From an uncultured Nitrososphaerota archaeon (lineage in GTDB: Archaea > Thermoproteota > Nitrososphaeria > Nitrososphaerales > CADDZS01), in assembly GCA_963799845.1 (NCBI GenBank), contig CAWCYI010000006.1, positions 1,632,001-1,696,000 of the forward strand: a stretch of 64,000 bases of DNA, read 5' to 3'. The translations under genes were made by a program, and so were the position numbers. This document shows, one piece after another, positions 9,622 to 20,194 of the stretch (its first letter is position 1; each line of letters starts with the position of its first letter). A model generated the notes under the pieces. That model had not been told where the DNA came from, ran no database searches, and worked only from the letters and a program-made list of their open reading frames with translations.

Positions 9622-10746
9622 ATCCAGTGGAAAAGTTGTTGGGAGCTAAAGTACTTTAAGGTCGTGAAAGCTAGGGGAATCGAAGCCCTAAATCTATCAG
9701 CTTTTTGATGATTTTCCCCAGTTTTCTCGACCCTTCAGAACCCTAGGGCGGTGCGAATCCCATCCCCTTCGCACCCACACGACAAATCCAAAGAATCCGA
9801 TTCCCTTGAGCTGCGTCTTTTGATTAGTGGCGATTCTCAAAGGCCTGTCTTTTTCAGACAATCAAACTGGACTCAATTTGGAGATCGCGCCTGCTTCGAG
9901 AGAAATAGGCGATTCATACTAACTGGTGACTACTCCGCCGGAGAATTTTTTATCAAGATACTTCGGATGAAATACATTTTGCTTGTCGATTTCTGTTGAA
10001 AATCCTACTCTAGAACCGGTAGGAATGCCCCATCCCGGCGACCGCACTGTGCCAATTTGAATCCCTGATTGAATCGATTTGCTAAGCTTCGGACAAAAAA
10101 GGGGATTTATACCATTTGGTGCAATGCTCGGCCGGGGATTTTGCATAGAAGGTATCTACGCAACCGCCATTTTTCGTAGGAATCCTATTTTAGAACCCGC
10201 AGCAATGGTTAATCCCCAGAGGCCCGCATCAAAAATTCGGTCCAAAGGTACTACCAAACGGTCGAAAAAAGTAAACAACTTCACTCCCACCCATTCGTCT
10301 CGCCAAGAGTCAAAAAGTGAACAGGCTCACCCAGACCGCCATTAGCCATCTTGTTCCTTCCGCAAGATCCGTCGGTTTCACCGGTATCGTATCTGAGGAT
10401 TGAGGAGTCTGTAGAATCTTCCTGGAACGCGCGCCGACCCGCGCGTCTGACTGGTTCTGATGGGGATTAATTCCTGTCAAAGTCCGCACTTTTAGCGGGG
10501 GACTTTCGGCGAAAGCGTATCATCAGCTCGTTTCGAGCTCTGTTGGCAATTTCTAATGCATAGCAAAGTGACGGAGCCGCTTTTCGCATTCAGGGCTAAA
10601 GCTTCGGTATCTTCGCTTAATTCAGGTATTTTTGCACCCACAGACCTGAAGCCTCGCGAATCTGGTACGTCTTGATCAGCGCGAGACTCAACTTTCTCCT
10701 GGAGACGTTTAGCTTATCAAGAATTACGACCTCGGTTTGATTCGCA

Positions 10747-11541
10747 TTGAATCCAGATCAGCGGGCCGGCGAGATGCTAGGTCTCAAGGGAAAGAATGCG
10801 ATAGTCACCGGCGCGTCCAGAGGAATAGGAGAAGCAGTTGCAAGGTCGCTCGTTGACCTCGGAGTCAGCGTCGTCGGCGTGGGCAGGAGTTTTCCAGCCG
10901 GGTGGGACGGGCAGTTCTCGCAACCGGAAAAAGCCGTGAAGCTCGTCGGAGACGTGTCAGATCCCAGGACCGCGGAAAGCGCTCTAAAAATTTGTCTCGA
11001 TAAATTCGGGAGCATCGAAATCCTGGTCAACAACGCAGGGATTGTGATCAACACTGGCATCCTCGACCTGAACATGGAAGACTGGGACAAGCAGATGGAC
11101 ACGAACCTGAAGAGCTTCGTCTACTTTTGCAGGGCTGTTGCGCCGGAGATGGTGAAGCAGAAAAGGGGCGGCAGAATAGTCAACATCTCCTCGGTTGCCG
11201 CGAGCTTCTTCGAATCCGGGCTGCTCGCGTATTCGACGACAAAGGGCGCGATAATCAGCCTGACCAGAGGGCTTTCAATCGATCTCGCGCCGCACAACAT
11301 CACCGTGAACGCGGTCGCTCCCGGCTGGGTCGACACGCAGATGGGTTTCGGCTCGCTGCCAAAAGACAAGCACGGCGCCGTTTTGGAACGCATCCCGCTG
11401 AGGCACGCAGCTTCAACAGACGAGATCGCGGGATCGGTCGTGTTCCTCTGCTCGGATCTTTCCCGATACATGACGGGTCAGACCATAACGGTTGACGGCG
11501 GGGAGACGACGGACGGAACGATTAAGGGAATCCAGTACTGA
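10747..11541 (+). CDS. SDR family oxidoreductase (start may be ATG 10774)
   Basis: TGASRGIG, NNAG and YSTTK catalytic motifs. Confidence 0.93.
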   Translation: MNPDQRAGEMLGLKGKNAIVTGASRGIGEAVARSLVDLGVSVVGVGRSFPAGWDGQFSQPEKAVKLVGDVSDPRTAESALKICLDKFGSIEILVNNAGIVINTGILDLNMEDWDKQMDTNLKSFVYFCRAVAPEMVKQKRGGRIVNISSVAASFFESGLLAYSTTKGAIISLTRGLSIDLAPHNITVNAVAPGWVDTQMGFGSLPKDKHGAVLERIPLRHAASTDEIAGSVVFLCSDLSRYMTGQTITVDGGETTDGTIKGIQY

Positions 11542-12588
11542 TCAGGGAAGAGCCCTTCGCAGCAGGTTGATCCAATTTTCTCCCAGCACGCCGAGCGATT
11601 CGCTCTCGGAAAAACCGTTAGCCTGAAGCGCGGGCCCGAGCTTCTGGAGGTCTGCGACTGTATCGAGCTCCGCTGGTATTGATTCCAGCCCGAAACCGCC
11701 GTCAAAGTCCGAGCCGATCGCGATGTGCCGCCTGTCTCCCGCGATTTCGCAGATGTGGTTCATGTGCTTGAACACCGTCGCAAGCGTAACTTCGGACTTT
11801 ACCTTTCCGCGATCAGCCCAGCCGGGATCGAGGAATTTGTTGTATAGCACTGTCCCGATCACCGCGTTTCGAGAAACGATCGCCCTGATCATTTCATCGC
11901 TGAGCTGACGATCCGTCGGAGTAAAAGTCCGGCAGTTCGAGTGGCTCGCGATGACGTGCCCATGGAAGAGATCGAGGGCGTCAAAGAAACTCTGCTCCGC
12001 CATATGCGAAGTATCCAGGATGAACCCCAGGGATTCCATCTCCCCCATGAGTTCCCGTCCTTCAGGTGAAAGCGGGCCCGGCTCGCCGGTTCCTCCCGAG
12101 TACCTCGTTCTCCTCCAGGCAGGGCCGATGATCCTCACTCCTGACCGGAACCATTCGAGCGATTCCTTAGGAGCCCGGATGGGGTCTGCTCCTTCCATCA
12201 GGAGAACGAAACCAACTCTCGGCGAGTCAGAACCAAGGTGTTCTTCGAGCTGCGCCTTACTCTCAATTATTCTGATGTGCCCGTCATGCTCTAATTTTCT
12301 GTAGAAACTGAGCTGGTCAAGGGCCTGGGCGTGAGCTTCCTCCGCTGTCCTGTAGCAGTGCGAGGAATCAATTACTCCGTTTCCGCACGGCGCGACCCAG
12401 ATCGTCGCGAACACGATACGAACATTACCCCTGATCAATTCGGGCTGACAAACAGTGGGAGTTCCCTCGCTGGATTTGTCAACCGATCTAAGTTTCGAAA
12501 TATCCTGGAGAAAGTCCCGATGGAGCATCAACGAATTGGTGGCGATATCTTCGTGCGCATCAACAATTACTGGAGGCAAGCAGTCCAA
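11542..12588 (-). CDS. membrane dipeptidase (peptidase M19)
   Basis: DAHED, LMEGAD, DTSH, ASHSN and GSDFDG motifs. Confidence 0.92.
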   Translation of the reverse strand: MDCLPPVIVDAHEDIATNSLMLHRDFLQDISKLRSVDKSSEGTPTVCQPELIRGNVRIVFATIWVAPCGNGVIDSSHCYRTAEEAHAQALDQLSFYRKLEHDGHIRIIESKAQLEEHLGSDSPRVGFVLLMEGADPIRAPKESLEWFRSGVRIIGPAWRRTRYSGGTGEPGPLSPEGRELMGEMESLGFILDTSHMAEQSFFDALDLFHGHVIASHSNCRTFTPTDRQLSDEMIRAIVSRNAVIGTVLYNKFLDPGWADRGKVKSEVTLATVFKHMNHICEIAGDRRHIAIGSDFDGGFGLESIPAELDTVADLQKLGPALQANGFSESESLGVLGENWINLLRRALP

Positions 12589-12708
12589 CGTCCAGAATGC
12601 CTGCGATTAAAGTCTGTTTCAGGATCTCCAGAGCACCTTCGTGAACCCAGATATGCGTATATGCATATGATGACCAATATTACAGTTACTAGAGAAGTGA
12701 AAGTGATT

Positions 12709-13428
12709 ATGCGCACAATCAGGTTATTTGCATTTGCATCTGTATTAGTTTCCTTTTTGTCGCTTGCAATGTTGGCGCCGGCGGTAGGGGCAACGACCAC
12801 TTCCTCGCAATACGCCGCTTACAGTATTAGCGGAACCTTTGGGAATCACTCGATCTCCGCGTTAGTGAATGAAACCGTCGCTCCCTCCAGTTCGAGCGGG
12901 ATGTCTGATCTTACCTTGAAGATAGCGTCTACCATGTCGAATTTCAGTTACTCCAAAATCGTAAATTCATCCCATGTGATATTTCCGTACTTCCCCACGA
13001 TTGCTAACCAGTCTTTTAGTTATCAAGTACACAATTATTCGATCTCTGCCTCTATCGCGCAAACTGGAACTGCTAGCGCGAATTTTGGTGGAAAAACCTA
13101 CTCCCTCACCAATTACACGTTCAGCGTGTCGGGAGCGAAGATGGGAGGATCTCCAATGAACGCGACCGGCGGGGCATCAGTCTTCCCGTCAGGCCTCGTT
13201 TATTCAGCCTGGGTTGCGGCAAACGCATCAGAAACGATCCATGTCCAGCTCGTCGGAACCAACCTGCCGCTTGACGCCACATCTGGCTCTCAGACTACCA
13301 CAGTAGCTGTAGCAACCGGCGCAGTCTCAATTGTTGCAGGAGTTGGAGCGTTCGTGTTCTACAAGCGGAAAAATAATCCCCAGAAAGCAAGTGAAAATGG
13401 GGATAAACCGCTTTATCAGGTTGACTAG
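12709..13428 (+). CDS. secreted protein with C-terminal membrane anchor
   Basis: Likely start MRTIRLFAF signal peptide; C-terminal TM followed by KRK; first gene of the ABC operon. Confidence 0.75.
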   Translation: MRTIRLFAFASVLVSFLSLAMLAPAVGATTTSSQYAAYSISGTFGNHSISALVNETVAPSSSSGMSDLTLKIASTMSNFSYSKIVNSSHVIFPYFPTIANQSFSYQVHNYSISASIAQTGTASANFGGKTYSLTNYTFSVSGAKMGGSPMNATGGASVFPSGLVYSAWVAANASETIHVQLVGTNLPLDATSGSQTTTVAVATGAVSIVAGVGAFVFYKRKNNPQKASENGDKPLYQVD

Positions 13429-13453
13429 AAACCCAAAGTAGTCGTCCCCCCAT

Positions 13454-14410
13454 TTGTGCGCGGCGGTAATAGATTTCTCCAACGCCACGAAAGATTATGG
13501 ATCGACAAAACGCATCGGGCCCGTTTCATTCACCATTGATCAAGGCGAAGTAGTAGGTTTCCTGGGCCCCAATGGGTCAGGAAAGACAACATGCATCAGA
13601 CTGCTGCTCGGCCTCATGAAGCCCACTTCGGGAACTGTCAGGATTAGAGGGCTGGATCCGATTTCGCAACACGCCAGCGCACTGAAGAAGGTCGGTTACT
13701 CCCCGGAACTTCCAAACATCCAGACATTTCTCACTCCGCGCGAACTCCTGACACTTGTAGCTGACGAGCTGAGCATTCCCGCGTCGGAGACGAAGAAAGA
13801 AATCGAAGAGCTCATGGATCTCGTCGGCCTCACGGAATACGTCGATATCAAAGTGTCCAAATTCAGCAAGGGCATGGTGCAGCGGCTTAGCATCGCCCAG
13901 GGAATGGTGGGATCGCCTGATGTCCTTGTTATGGATGAACCGATGATCGGACTCGATCCGGCCGGCTCGGCCCACTTTCGAGAAGTGTTCAGAGACTTTG
14001 CAAAGCAGAGGGGTGGGACGATTTTTCTCTCCTCGCACATCATGCAGGAGGTGGAGTCACTCTGCACCTCGGCGATAATGATCCACAATGGGAAACTGCT
14101 TTTCAGCGGGGCGACAGACGATATCATTGGAAGAGTCCTGGGATCAAACTACCTCGTCTTGGAGGCAGAACCGCTGGATGATAATCTGATCAGCCAGATC
14201 TCCAAGATAGATGGGGTCGAGGGAGTGTCACGGAAGAGTCTCAGCGAAAGGACGGTCGAGCTGAAGATCGAACGAGGGAAAGAAGTGAGGCCCGTCGTTG
14301 CCGAGACTGTAATGAAAGCTGGGGCAAGACTTTACTCCATGAGCTATTCGGAAAATCTTCTCGAAAGAACTTACATCGAAGCTCTGAGGCAGGGGACGGC
14401 GGTGGATTAG
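13454..14410 (+). CDS. ABC-2 type transporter ATP-binding protein
   Basis: GPNGSGKTT, FSKGMVQR, VMDEP and SSH motifs. Confidence 0.95.
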   Translation: MCAAVIDFSNATKDYGSTKRIGPVSFTIDQGEVVGFLGPNGSGKTTCIRLLLGLMKPTSGTVRIRGLDPISQHASALKKVGYSPELPNIQTFLTPRELLTLVADELSIPASETKKEIEELMDLVGLTEYVDIKVSKFSKGMVQRLSIAQGMVGSPDVLVMDEPMIGLDPAGSAHFREVFRDFAKQRGGTIFLSSHIMQEVESLCTSAIMIHNGKLLFSGATDDIIGRVLGSNYLVLEAEPLDDNLISQISKIDGVEGVSRKSLSERTVELKIERGKEVRPVVAETVMKAGARLYSMSYSENLLERTYIEALRQGTAVD

Positions 14411-15273
14411 TGAAGCTCAGCGTTACGTACACTTTCCTTCGCTACGAGATCAAGAGATCGATAGCGAGGAGAAAGGTTCTGGTCCTCGGTTTCTTCACTC
14501 TGCTCATTGGAACTGCGCCGTATTTCCTTCTGTCCTATCTCGGGGGAGGTCACAGCGCAATCATAACCATACTGGGGCCGTACTTTGGATATCTCTGGGT
14601 CGTTGGTGTCTTTCTTCCGCAGTCGTTCTTCGTGCCTTTCACGGCGATCCTCATTTCTGGAGGAGCGATGTCGGAAGAGTACGAGCAAGGAACCGCCGAG
14701 CTGCTCTTATCAAAACCGGTCACGAAAGCCGATTACTTTGCGGGAAAATTTCTCGGCGGCTATTTGCTGATAATCTTCATAATAGCTCTCAACATGATCT
14801 TGTCTGTAATCTCAGCGACTATAACCTTCGGGCCGCAGTTGGAGCTGAACACTCTGCTGCTCGTCTTCGCGGCTCAGATCTTCGGCGCGGCGCTCTTCTT
14901 CGCCATAGGATTCATGTTCGGCGAGCTGGTGAGAAGGTCGTCGCTATCTTACATCATATCTTCCGCTCTCTTTTTCACGAGCGAGATCTTCGGGCTGGCG
15001 CTCACCCTGATCTACACGCTGACAGGATCAGATTTTTACAGACAGGTGCAGCTCTATCTTCCGACTTCGCCAATGGCATCTCTCGGGCTTCTCGTCGAAA
15101 AATCGTACCTTCCCGCAAGGGTCATAGAATTGCTCTCCTTCGCTTCTTTCGGGGGAGCGGTCGAAACATCGCTTTCTTTTTCAGTTGCCCTGATCCTGTT
15201 GTATTTTTCTTCAGCGTTCGTAGTTTCCTTTGTCTTCTTTGAGCGCGCCGACATTTCGCGAAAAGTAAGTTGA
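14410..15273 (+). CDS. ABC-2 type transporter permease
   Basis: SEEYEQGTAELLLSKPV motif; multiple TM helices; coupled to the ATPase. Confidence 0.92.
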   Translation: MKLSVTYTFLRYEIKRSIARRKVLVLGFFTLLIGTAPYFLLSYLGGGHSAIITILGPYFGYLWVVGVFLPQSFFVPFTAILISGGAMSEEYEQGTAELLLSKPVTKADYFAGKFLGGYLLIIFIIALNMILSVISATITFGPQLELNTLLLVFAAQIFGAALFFAIGFMFGELVRRSSLSYIISSALFFTSEIFGLALTLIYTLTGSDFYRQVQLYLPTSPMASLGLLVEKSYLPARVIELLSFASFGGAVETSLSFSVALILLYFSSAFVVSFVFFERADISRKVS

Positions 15274-15319
15274 AAATCGGCAGAAATGTTATAGCCACTC
15301 GATAGTCCAAAGACGCCCC

Positions 15320-16816
15320 TTGAACACAGAAACGTTCTCCAGTCCGGTGATTAGAGAACTCAACGACAAGTACAGAACTCTGTGGGCCCTGAATTCCGCA
15401 GAATCTCTGCTGGGCTGGGATCTCGAAGTCAACATGCCGGACAAAGGCTCGGCCGAAAGGGGTACGGTTCTCGCCGAGGTCTCGCTGCTAACTCAAAAGA
15501 AAATGGCAGAACTCTATCCGCTCCTGGAGAAGGCTGACGCACTACAGGGTGATTTCAATGATTATGAAAAGGGGGTCGTGAGGATCCTCCGCCGCAGGCA
15601 GAAGTTCTTTACGAGGATTCCGCCGTCGCTTCTGGAAGCGGAGCAGAAAATTGCGGCAGAAGCTGCAATAGTCTGGAGAGACGCGAGGAAAAAATCCGAC
15701 TTTCGAGCTTTCAAGCCGTATCTTGAAAAGAGCATCGAGCTGAAGCGAGAGGAAGCGGATAAACTCGGGTACGAAAAGCACCCGTACAACGCTCTCCTAG
15801 ACCAGTACGAAGAAGGGCTGACCGTTGATGACGTGGATGAGATGTTTTCGAGACTGATTCCTGCTCTAAAGAAAATTCTTGAAAAAGTGAAATCAGAATC
15901 GAGGTTCACTTCCGGGAGTCCGCTTGTTGAAAAAAGTTACGATGCAGAATCGATGGCGAGGGTCAACCGTAAGGTGACGGAGATCCTCGGAATGCCAAGA
16001 GACAGGTTCCGGATGGATCTCTCGACGCATCCCTTCGAGGCAAGCATATCGAGGAACGACGTTCGCATCACGACGAGGTACGAGGGGAAGGATTTCAGGA
16101 GCGCAATGTTTTCTACGATACATGAATCTGGTCATGCAATTTACGAGCTTCAGATCGACGAAAAGCTCGAGTTCTCCCCGATCGGAATCGCCGTATCAAA
16201 CGGCTTCCACGAGTCGCAGTCGAGGTTCTGGGAAAACATGATCGGCCGAAGCAAGAGCTTCGTCAGCCTGATCAAACCAACGCTGCAGGAGAATCTGGAT
16301 TTTGTCGTTCCGTACAGCGAGGAGCAGCTCTACCATTACTTCAACCTGGTTCGGCCCGGAATGATCAGAGTCGACGCAGACGAGCTCACTTACAACTTCC
16401 ACACGGCTTTGCGCTACGAGCTCGAGAAGAAAATGATCGCCGGGCAGGTGTTAGTTTCCGAACTCCCGCAGCTCTGGAACGAAATGATGGGCGATTATCT
16501 TGGTATCACTCCGAAGAACGATTCCGAAGGAATCCTCCAGGACATACACTGGAGCCAGGGCAGTTTCGGCTATTTTCCAACATACTCCCTCGGGAACGTG
16601 ATAGCTGGAATGATCTGGTACGACATCGGGAAAGAAATTTCGCTGGACGAAAAAACTCGCGTCGGAGAGTTCGAGCCGATAAAGAATTGGCTCTATCAAA
16701 AGATACACAGATGGGGATCTACTTTTGCTCCCAAAGACCTCGCCATAAGATCTCTCGGAGAGCCTTTCAATCCGGAGAGGTTGGTGCACTACCTCGAGCA
16801 AAAATTCCTAACGTAG
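15320..16816 (+). CDS. carboxypeptidase M32 (Taq-type)
   Basis: HPF, DVRITTRY, HESGH, HESQS, IRVDADE and QDIHW motifs. Confidence 0.95.
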   Translation: MNTETFSSPVIRELNDKYRTLWALNSAESLLGWDLEVNMPDKGSAERGTVLAEVSLLTQKKMAELYPLLEKADALQGDFNDYEKGVVRILRRRQKFFTRIPPSLLEAEQKIAAEAAIVWRDARKKSDFRAFKPYLEKSIELKREEADKLGYEKHPYNALLDQYEEGLTVDDVDEMFSRLIPALKKILEKVKSESRFTSGSPLVEKSYDAESMARVNRKVTEILGMPRDRFRMDLSTHPFEASISRNDVRITTRYEGKDFRSAMFSTIHESGHAIYELQIDEKLEFSPIGIAVSNGFHESQSRFWENMIGRSKSFVSLIKPTLQENLDFVVPYSEEQLYHYFNLVRPGMIRVDADELTYNFHTALRYELEKKMIAGQVLVSELPQLWNEMMGDYLGITPKNDSEGILQDIHWSQGSFGYFPTYSLGNVIAGMIWYDIGKEISLDEKTRVGEFEPIKNWLYQKIHRWGSTFAPKDLAIRSLGEPFNPERLVHYLEQKFLT

Positions 16817-16901
16817 GATTATTGATCAAAACGCACCGCGGATGAAGTTTGACGTGGTAGTTAAGATCATTCTGTGGATACAGGTAAATTCGAGTGTTGA
16901 G

Positions 16902-17222
16902 CTAGACCGAAATGGTCTCTGAGATGCCGGTCATCTCGCGTCTTGCGCCTTCGAGAGCCTCGTCCAGCTTGTAGGAACTGCTCGGGCTTTCCAGGCTGAA
17001 GACTTTCTTAATCTCCTTGACGATGGTTTTTTCAACGATTTTTGATCCGTCGTCGCCGAATATCTCTGCAAGAATACGAGAAAGCGCTTCGGGACTTGAC
17101 ACTATTCTGTCCGACGATATACCTTCCTTCGTCATGAGGGCCCAGTAAGTGGCCTGCTTTGCATTGGATCCGAACTGGTCGAGCGCCCTGTCGACACATT
17201 GTAGGAGGTCATACATCTCCAT
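16902..17222 (-). CDS. archaeal hypothetical protein
   Basis: LLQCVDRALDQFG...IFG...IVKEI; resembles the IS-disrupted gene at 58350-59866. Confidence 0.7.
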   Translation of the reverse strand: MEMYDLLQCVDRALDQFGSNAKQATYWALMTKEGISSDRIVSSPEALSRILAEIFGDDGSKIVEKTIVKEIKKVFSLESPSSSYKLDEALEGARREMTGISETISV

Positions 17223-17359
17223 TGCTAAACACAGAGTCTACATGGGGTCTCTGCCGATTTATCTAAAACAGTACATTTTCCATGAGCCGTTGGAAGAGCG
17301 TTCTTTGAAAATGGCAATTCTTCCCCACTTTCGGAAAAGAATAGCTCTCCAACTTGAAT

Positions 17360-17510
17360 TCAGACTCTTCTTGCCGCGAGCGTGATCGCCGCGGCCGGCA
17401 ACCACACTTCTTGAATCGCGAGTATCACTATCGCAAACGGCGTAGAGGCCGGGTAAACCAGACCGAGGGACCCATCACCTCGAAAGCCATTCCCGCGATG
17501 CCTAAACATT
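17360..17510 (-). pseudogene. membrane protein C-terminal remnant
   Basis: Hydrophobic text spread over two frames (LGIAGMAFEVMG / LGLVYPASTPFAIVILAI). Confidence 0.35.
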
Positions 17511-17625
17511 TTTGGGAATCTGGTCAGTTTTGAAGGAGTTCCGTCAGTTTTCCTATAGATTGCCTGCTCAAACAGAACCACATATCTAGCCATAGCAGAA
17601 ATTTGTGTAACCGAGCGCGAATTAC

Positions 17626-18430
17626 TTGCTTCAAACTAGGCTGGATGATAGCTCCGAAACACTGCTGCTATCGGAGATCTTCAAGTCAGTTCAGGGCGAG
17701 GGCGTGAACCTGGGGACACCTACGGTTTTCTTGAGGCTGGCGGTTTGCAATCTCCACTGCTGGTACTGCGATACAAAGTACACCTGGCTGTACAGCAACA
17801 AGACTCTCGAACTGGTGAAGAAGGACATGGAACGACTCGGAATTCCAAGTGACAAGATTCCCAAAGATATCCGAGTTTATGCGGAGGCCGAGGAAGCAAG
17901 ATCGGTTTCAGCTGGAGATGTTGAGACTGAAATTCGCAGGTTCAATCTGGATCATCTGGTAATCACGGGGGGAGAGCCGATGCTCCAGCAGAGGCAGCTA
18001 GTTCCATTGCTGCGGGGATTGAAGGCGTGGCGCGAGAACTACTTCGTCGAGGTCGAGACCAACGGCACGATAAAGCCGGATGAGAATATCCTTCCGCTCG
18101 TCGACCAGTGGAACGTCTCGCCGAAGCTCGAGAGCTCCGGAAATTCAAGATTCGCCAGAGAGAAAAAGAGCCCGCTTGAATATTTTGCCTCGCTGCGAAA
18201 CTCGTTCTTCAAATTCGTAGTTCAGGACGACGCAGATCTCGCGGAAGTTGAATCGCTCGCGAGGCAAAGTCTCGATCGCTCCCGGAAAAATTATCCTGAT
18301 GCCGGAAGGGACGGAGGCGTTAGTCCTGAAGGAGCGGATGGTCTGGCTTTCGGAAATCTGCGAAATCAAGGGGTACCGCCTTACCCCGAGGCTCCACATA
18401 CTTCTCTGGGGCAACACGCGCGGAACCTAG
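17626..18430 (+). CDS. queE: 7-carboxy-7-deazaguanine synthase (radical SAM), frameshifted near 18265
   Basis: SVQGEG, CNLHCWYCDT, ITGGEP, ETNGT and SPKL; C-terminal LMPEG...PRLHILLWG lies in another frame. Confidence 0.88.
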
Positions 18431-18828
18431 GCGAAGAGCTCGATGTAGATTCCGTTGGGATCTTCGATGTATGCCCACCGACTCGTTTTGCCCTTCATGT
18501 CGAGCACGGTCGGATAGCCGGCTTTCGCTGCTTCCTCCAGTGCCCTGTCGAGATCCTCGACCTGGAATGCGATATGATCGAGGCCCTCGCCCACGACGTA
18601 GGTTGCAGAGAACTTGCTTCCAGGCGGATAGTAGTTCAGCTCGATCATGTGTCCGTCGTCTTCGCTGACGAGGTTCACGACCTCCCCGCCGGCGGCTTCA
18701 ATTTTTGAGCGGCCGACCTCTTTCATGCCGAGCAGCTTGGTATAAAATTCTACAGATCTGTCGATATCCTTTACCCTTATTCCGGTGTAGGTCAGTTTTG
18801 CCTTCATTGCAGTAACGAGTAAGAACAC
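18427..18828 (-). CDS. VOC/glyoxalase family protein
   Basis: FYTKLLGM, IELNY, HIAFQV and DPNGIYIE motifs. Confidence 0.9.
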   Translation of the reverse strand: MFLLVTAMKAKLTYTGIRVKDIDRSVEFYTKLLGMKEVGRSKIEAAGGEVVNLVSEDDGHMIELNYYPPGSKFSATYVVGEGLDHIAFQVEDLDRALEEAAKAGYPTVLDMKGKTSRWAYIEDPNGIYIELFA

Positions 18829-19356
18829 GTCTTAGAAAAACCGATTGCTGGCAAGTGACGGGACTATGCCGTTCAGCTGCGTTCGTGCCCTGTTTGAGCT
18901 ATACATAGGTGAAGGAGCTGTTTCAATTGAACAGAGCCAGAAACGAGCTGATGGAAAGCAATATGCTGAGCACACGTGCACGGTTGCAGAACTCCCCTTA
19001 GGGGATCCTCTCTGTATAGTAGCCTGAAACGAGCTCTCTCATCGGAAAACACGCGCGTGTGAAACACAAAGAGAAAATTCAGATCTGGAAGTGTAAAGCT
19101 CTTCAGCAAAGATCTGATAAATCGGGTAGAAATTTCCCGAACATCCTCGAAAACTCGAAAATCCATTACGCGCGCGCGCTCTCTAAGCTCCGTTCAGCTT
19201 GAAACGAGCTCTTCTGAGCTAACAGAGCTTGAACGTAACTCTTCGGCCAAAAAGTATGTCCGTGTGTGAAACGCAGAAAAATTTTTTCTTAATGAATCAA
19301 TGGTAACTAGTATTTGAAGAAACTTGGGAAAATAGCCCTTGTGAACTCGAAACTTA

Positions 19357-19680
19357 TTACTTCTTGCAATCAGCACATTCGCAAAGATTCCTGAGGTACT
19401 CGAAAGTATAGATTCCCAGATCGTGCCCATCGCTCCACGTAATTTTCAAACCATATTTTCCGACAGGCTCGATCGCTTCCGGGACAACTTTCGCGCTAAC
19501 ATCGGCTTTTGAAGCGGAGTAGGTTCTTCCAAAAATACCGGGCTCGCCCTGGCACATTGCGCACGGGCATGAACTCCGCAGGGAAAATGAGTCGTAATTT
19601 GATTTGTGCCCATCAGACCAGAGGATCGAAATCGTTTCCCTGTCCCCTAATTTAGAAACGTTCAACTCCAGTGGTTCCAT
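19357..19680 (-). CDS. DUF971 (GBBH-like N-terminal) protein
   Basis: WSDGH, LRSSCPCAMC, VGKYG and DGHDLGIY motifs. Confidence 0.88.
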   Translation of the reverse strand: MEPLELNVSKLGDRETISILWSDGHKSNYDSFSLRSSCPCAMCQGEPGIFGRTYSASKADVSAKVVPEAIEPVGKYGLKITWSDGHDLGIYTFEYLRNLCECADCKK

Positions 19681-19739
19681 TTTTACCCATCCTTATGTGA
19701 AAATTCTCATAGATAATAGCTTAAGGGAGAGTTTTGAAA

Positions 19740-19923
19740 TCTGATCCTGAAGTCAAGACTAATAGTTGAAGTCAGGGGTCCCGCGATAATAGAGCTTCGA
19801 GACTATGATAGATTACTTCATGAAATCCAGAAGATTGCTTCTAAGAAATTGACCGGTTGGAAGGAAGAAGAGCACAAGGAGGAAAAATTGCTTTCTAAAC
19901 TATCGAAAGGTACACGTACATGA
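19740..19923 (+). pseudogene. possible antitoxin C-terminal remnant
   Basis: Startless frame RLIVEVRGPAIIELR...GWKEEEHKEEKLL resembles the C-terminal half of archaeal AbrB-type antitoxins. Confidence 0.3.
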
Positions 19924-19932
19924 AAGTCGATT

Positions 19933-20175
19933 TTACTTTTTCATCATTTCTACAATAATTTCTCTATTCTCATGCGCCAGATCAGATAGAGTCTTTAGTA
20001 AACCACGTTTAGAAGCATTCCATACTTCGACGGCTACGAGTCTACCATTTCCGTCGAATCAAAGTACAACATTGCTGTCCAGAATTCTTTCATCTTTGAT
20101 ACTGACGCCTTCTGCGAGCTTTACAGCGAGGATATCCACATTGGCATCATAGGTGTTTACTGTATCAAAGTCCAT
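19933..20175 (-). pseudogene. DUF2283-family protein with in-frame TGA
   Basis: MDFDTVNTYDANVDILAVKL...NVVL*FDGNGRLVAVEVWNAS; stop at 20059-20061. Confidence 0.7.
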
Positions 20176-20194
20176 CGGCCTGCTCGTCTCAAGA

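Noticed and set aside
9623-9633. ORB-like TCCAGTGGAAA (replication origin)
   Set aside because: Single copy without a clear G-string or inverted partner, and no orc1/cdc6 gene nearby; TTCCAGAGGAA near 58331 is likewise isolated
12331-12708. Long N-terminal extension of ORF 12331-13428
   Set aside because: Overlaps the dipeptidase gene on the opposite strand; a signal peptide starts at ATG 12709
18270-18708. C-terminal extension of the 360-aa QueE ORF
   Set aside because: Frameshift artefact running antisense through the VOC gene; the real QueE C-terminus ends at 18430
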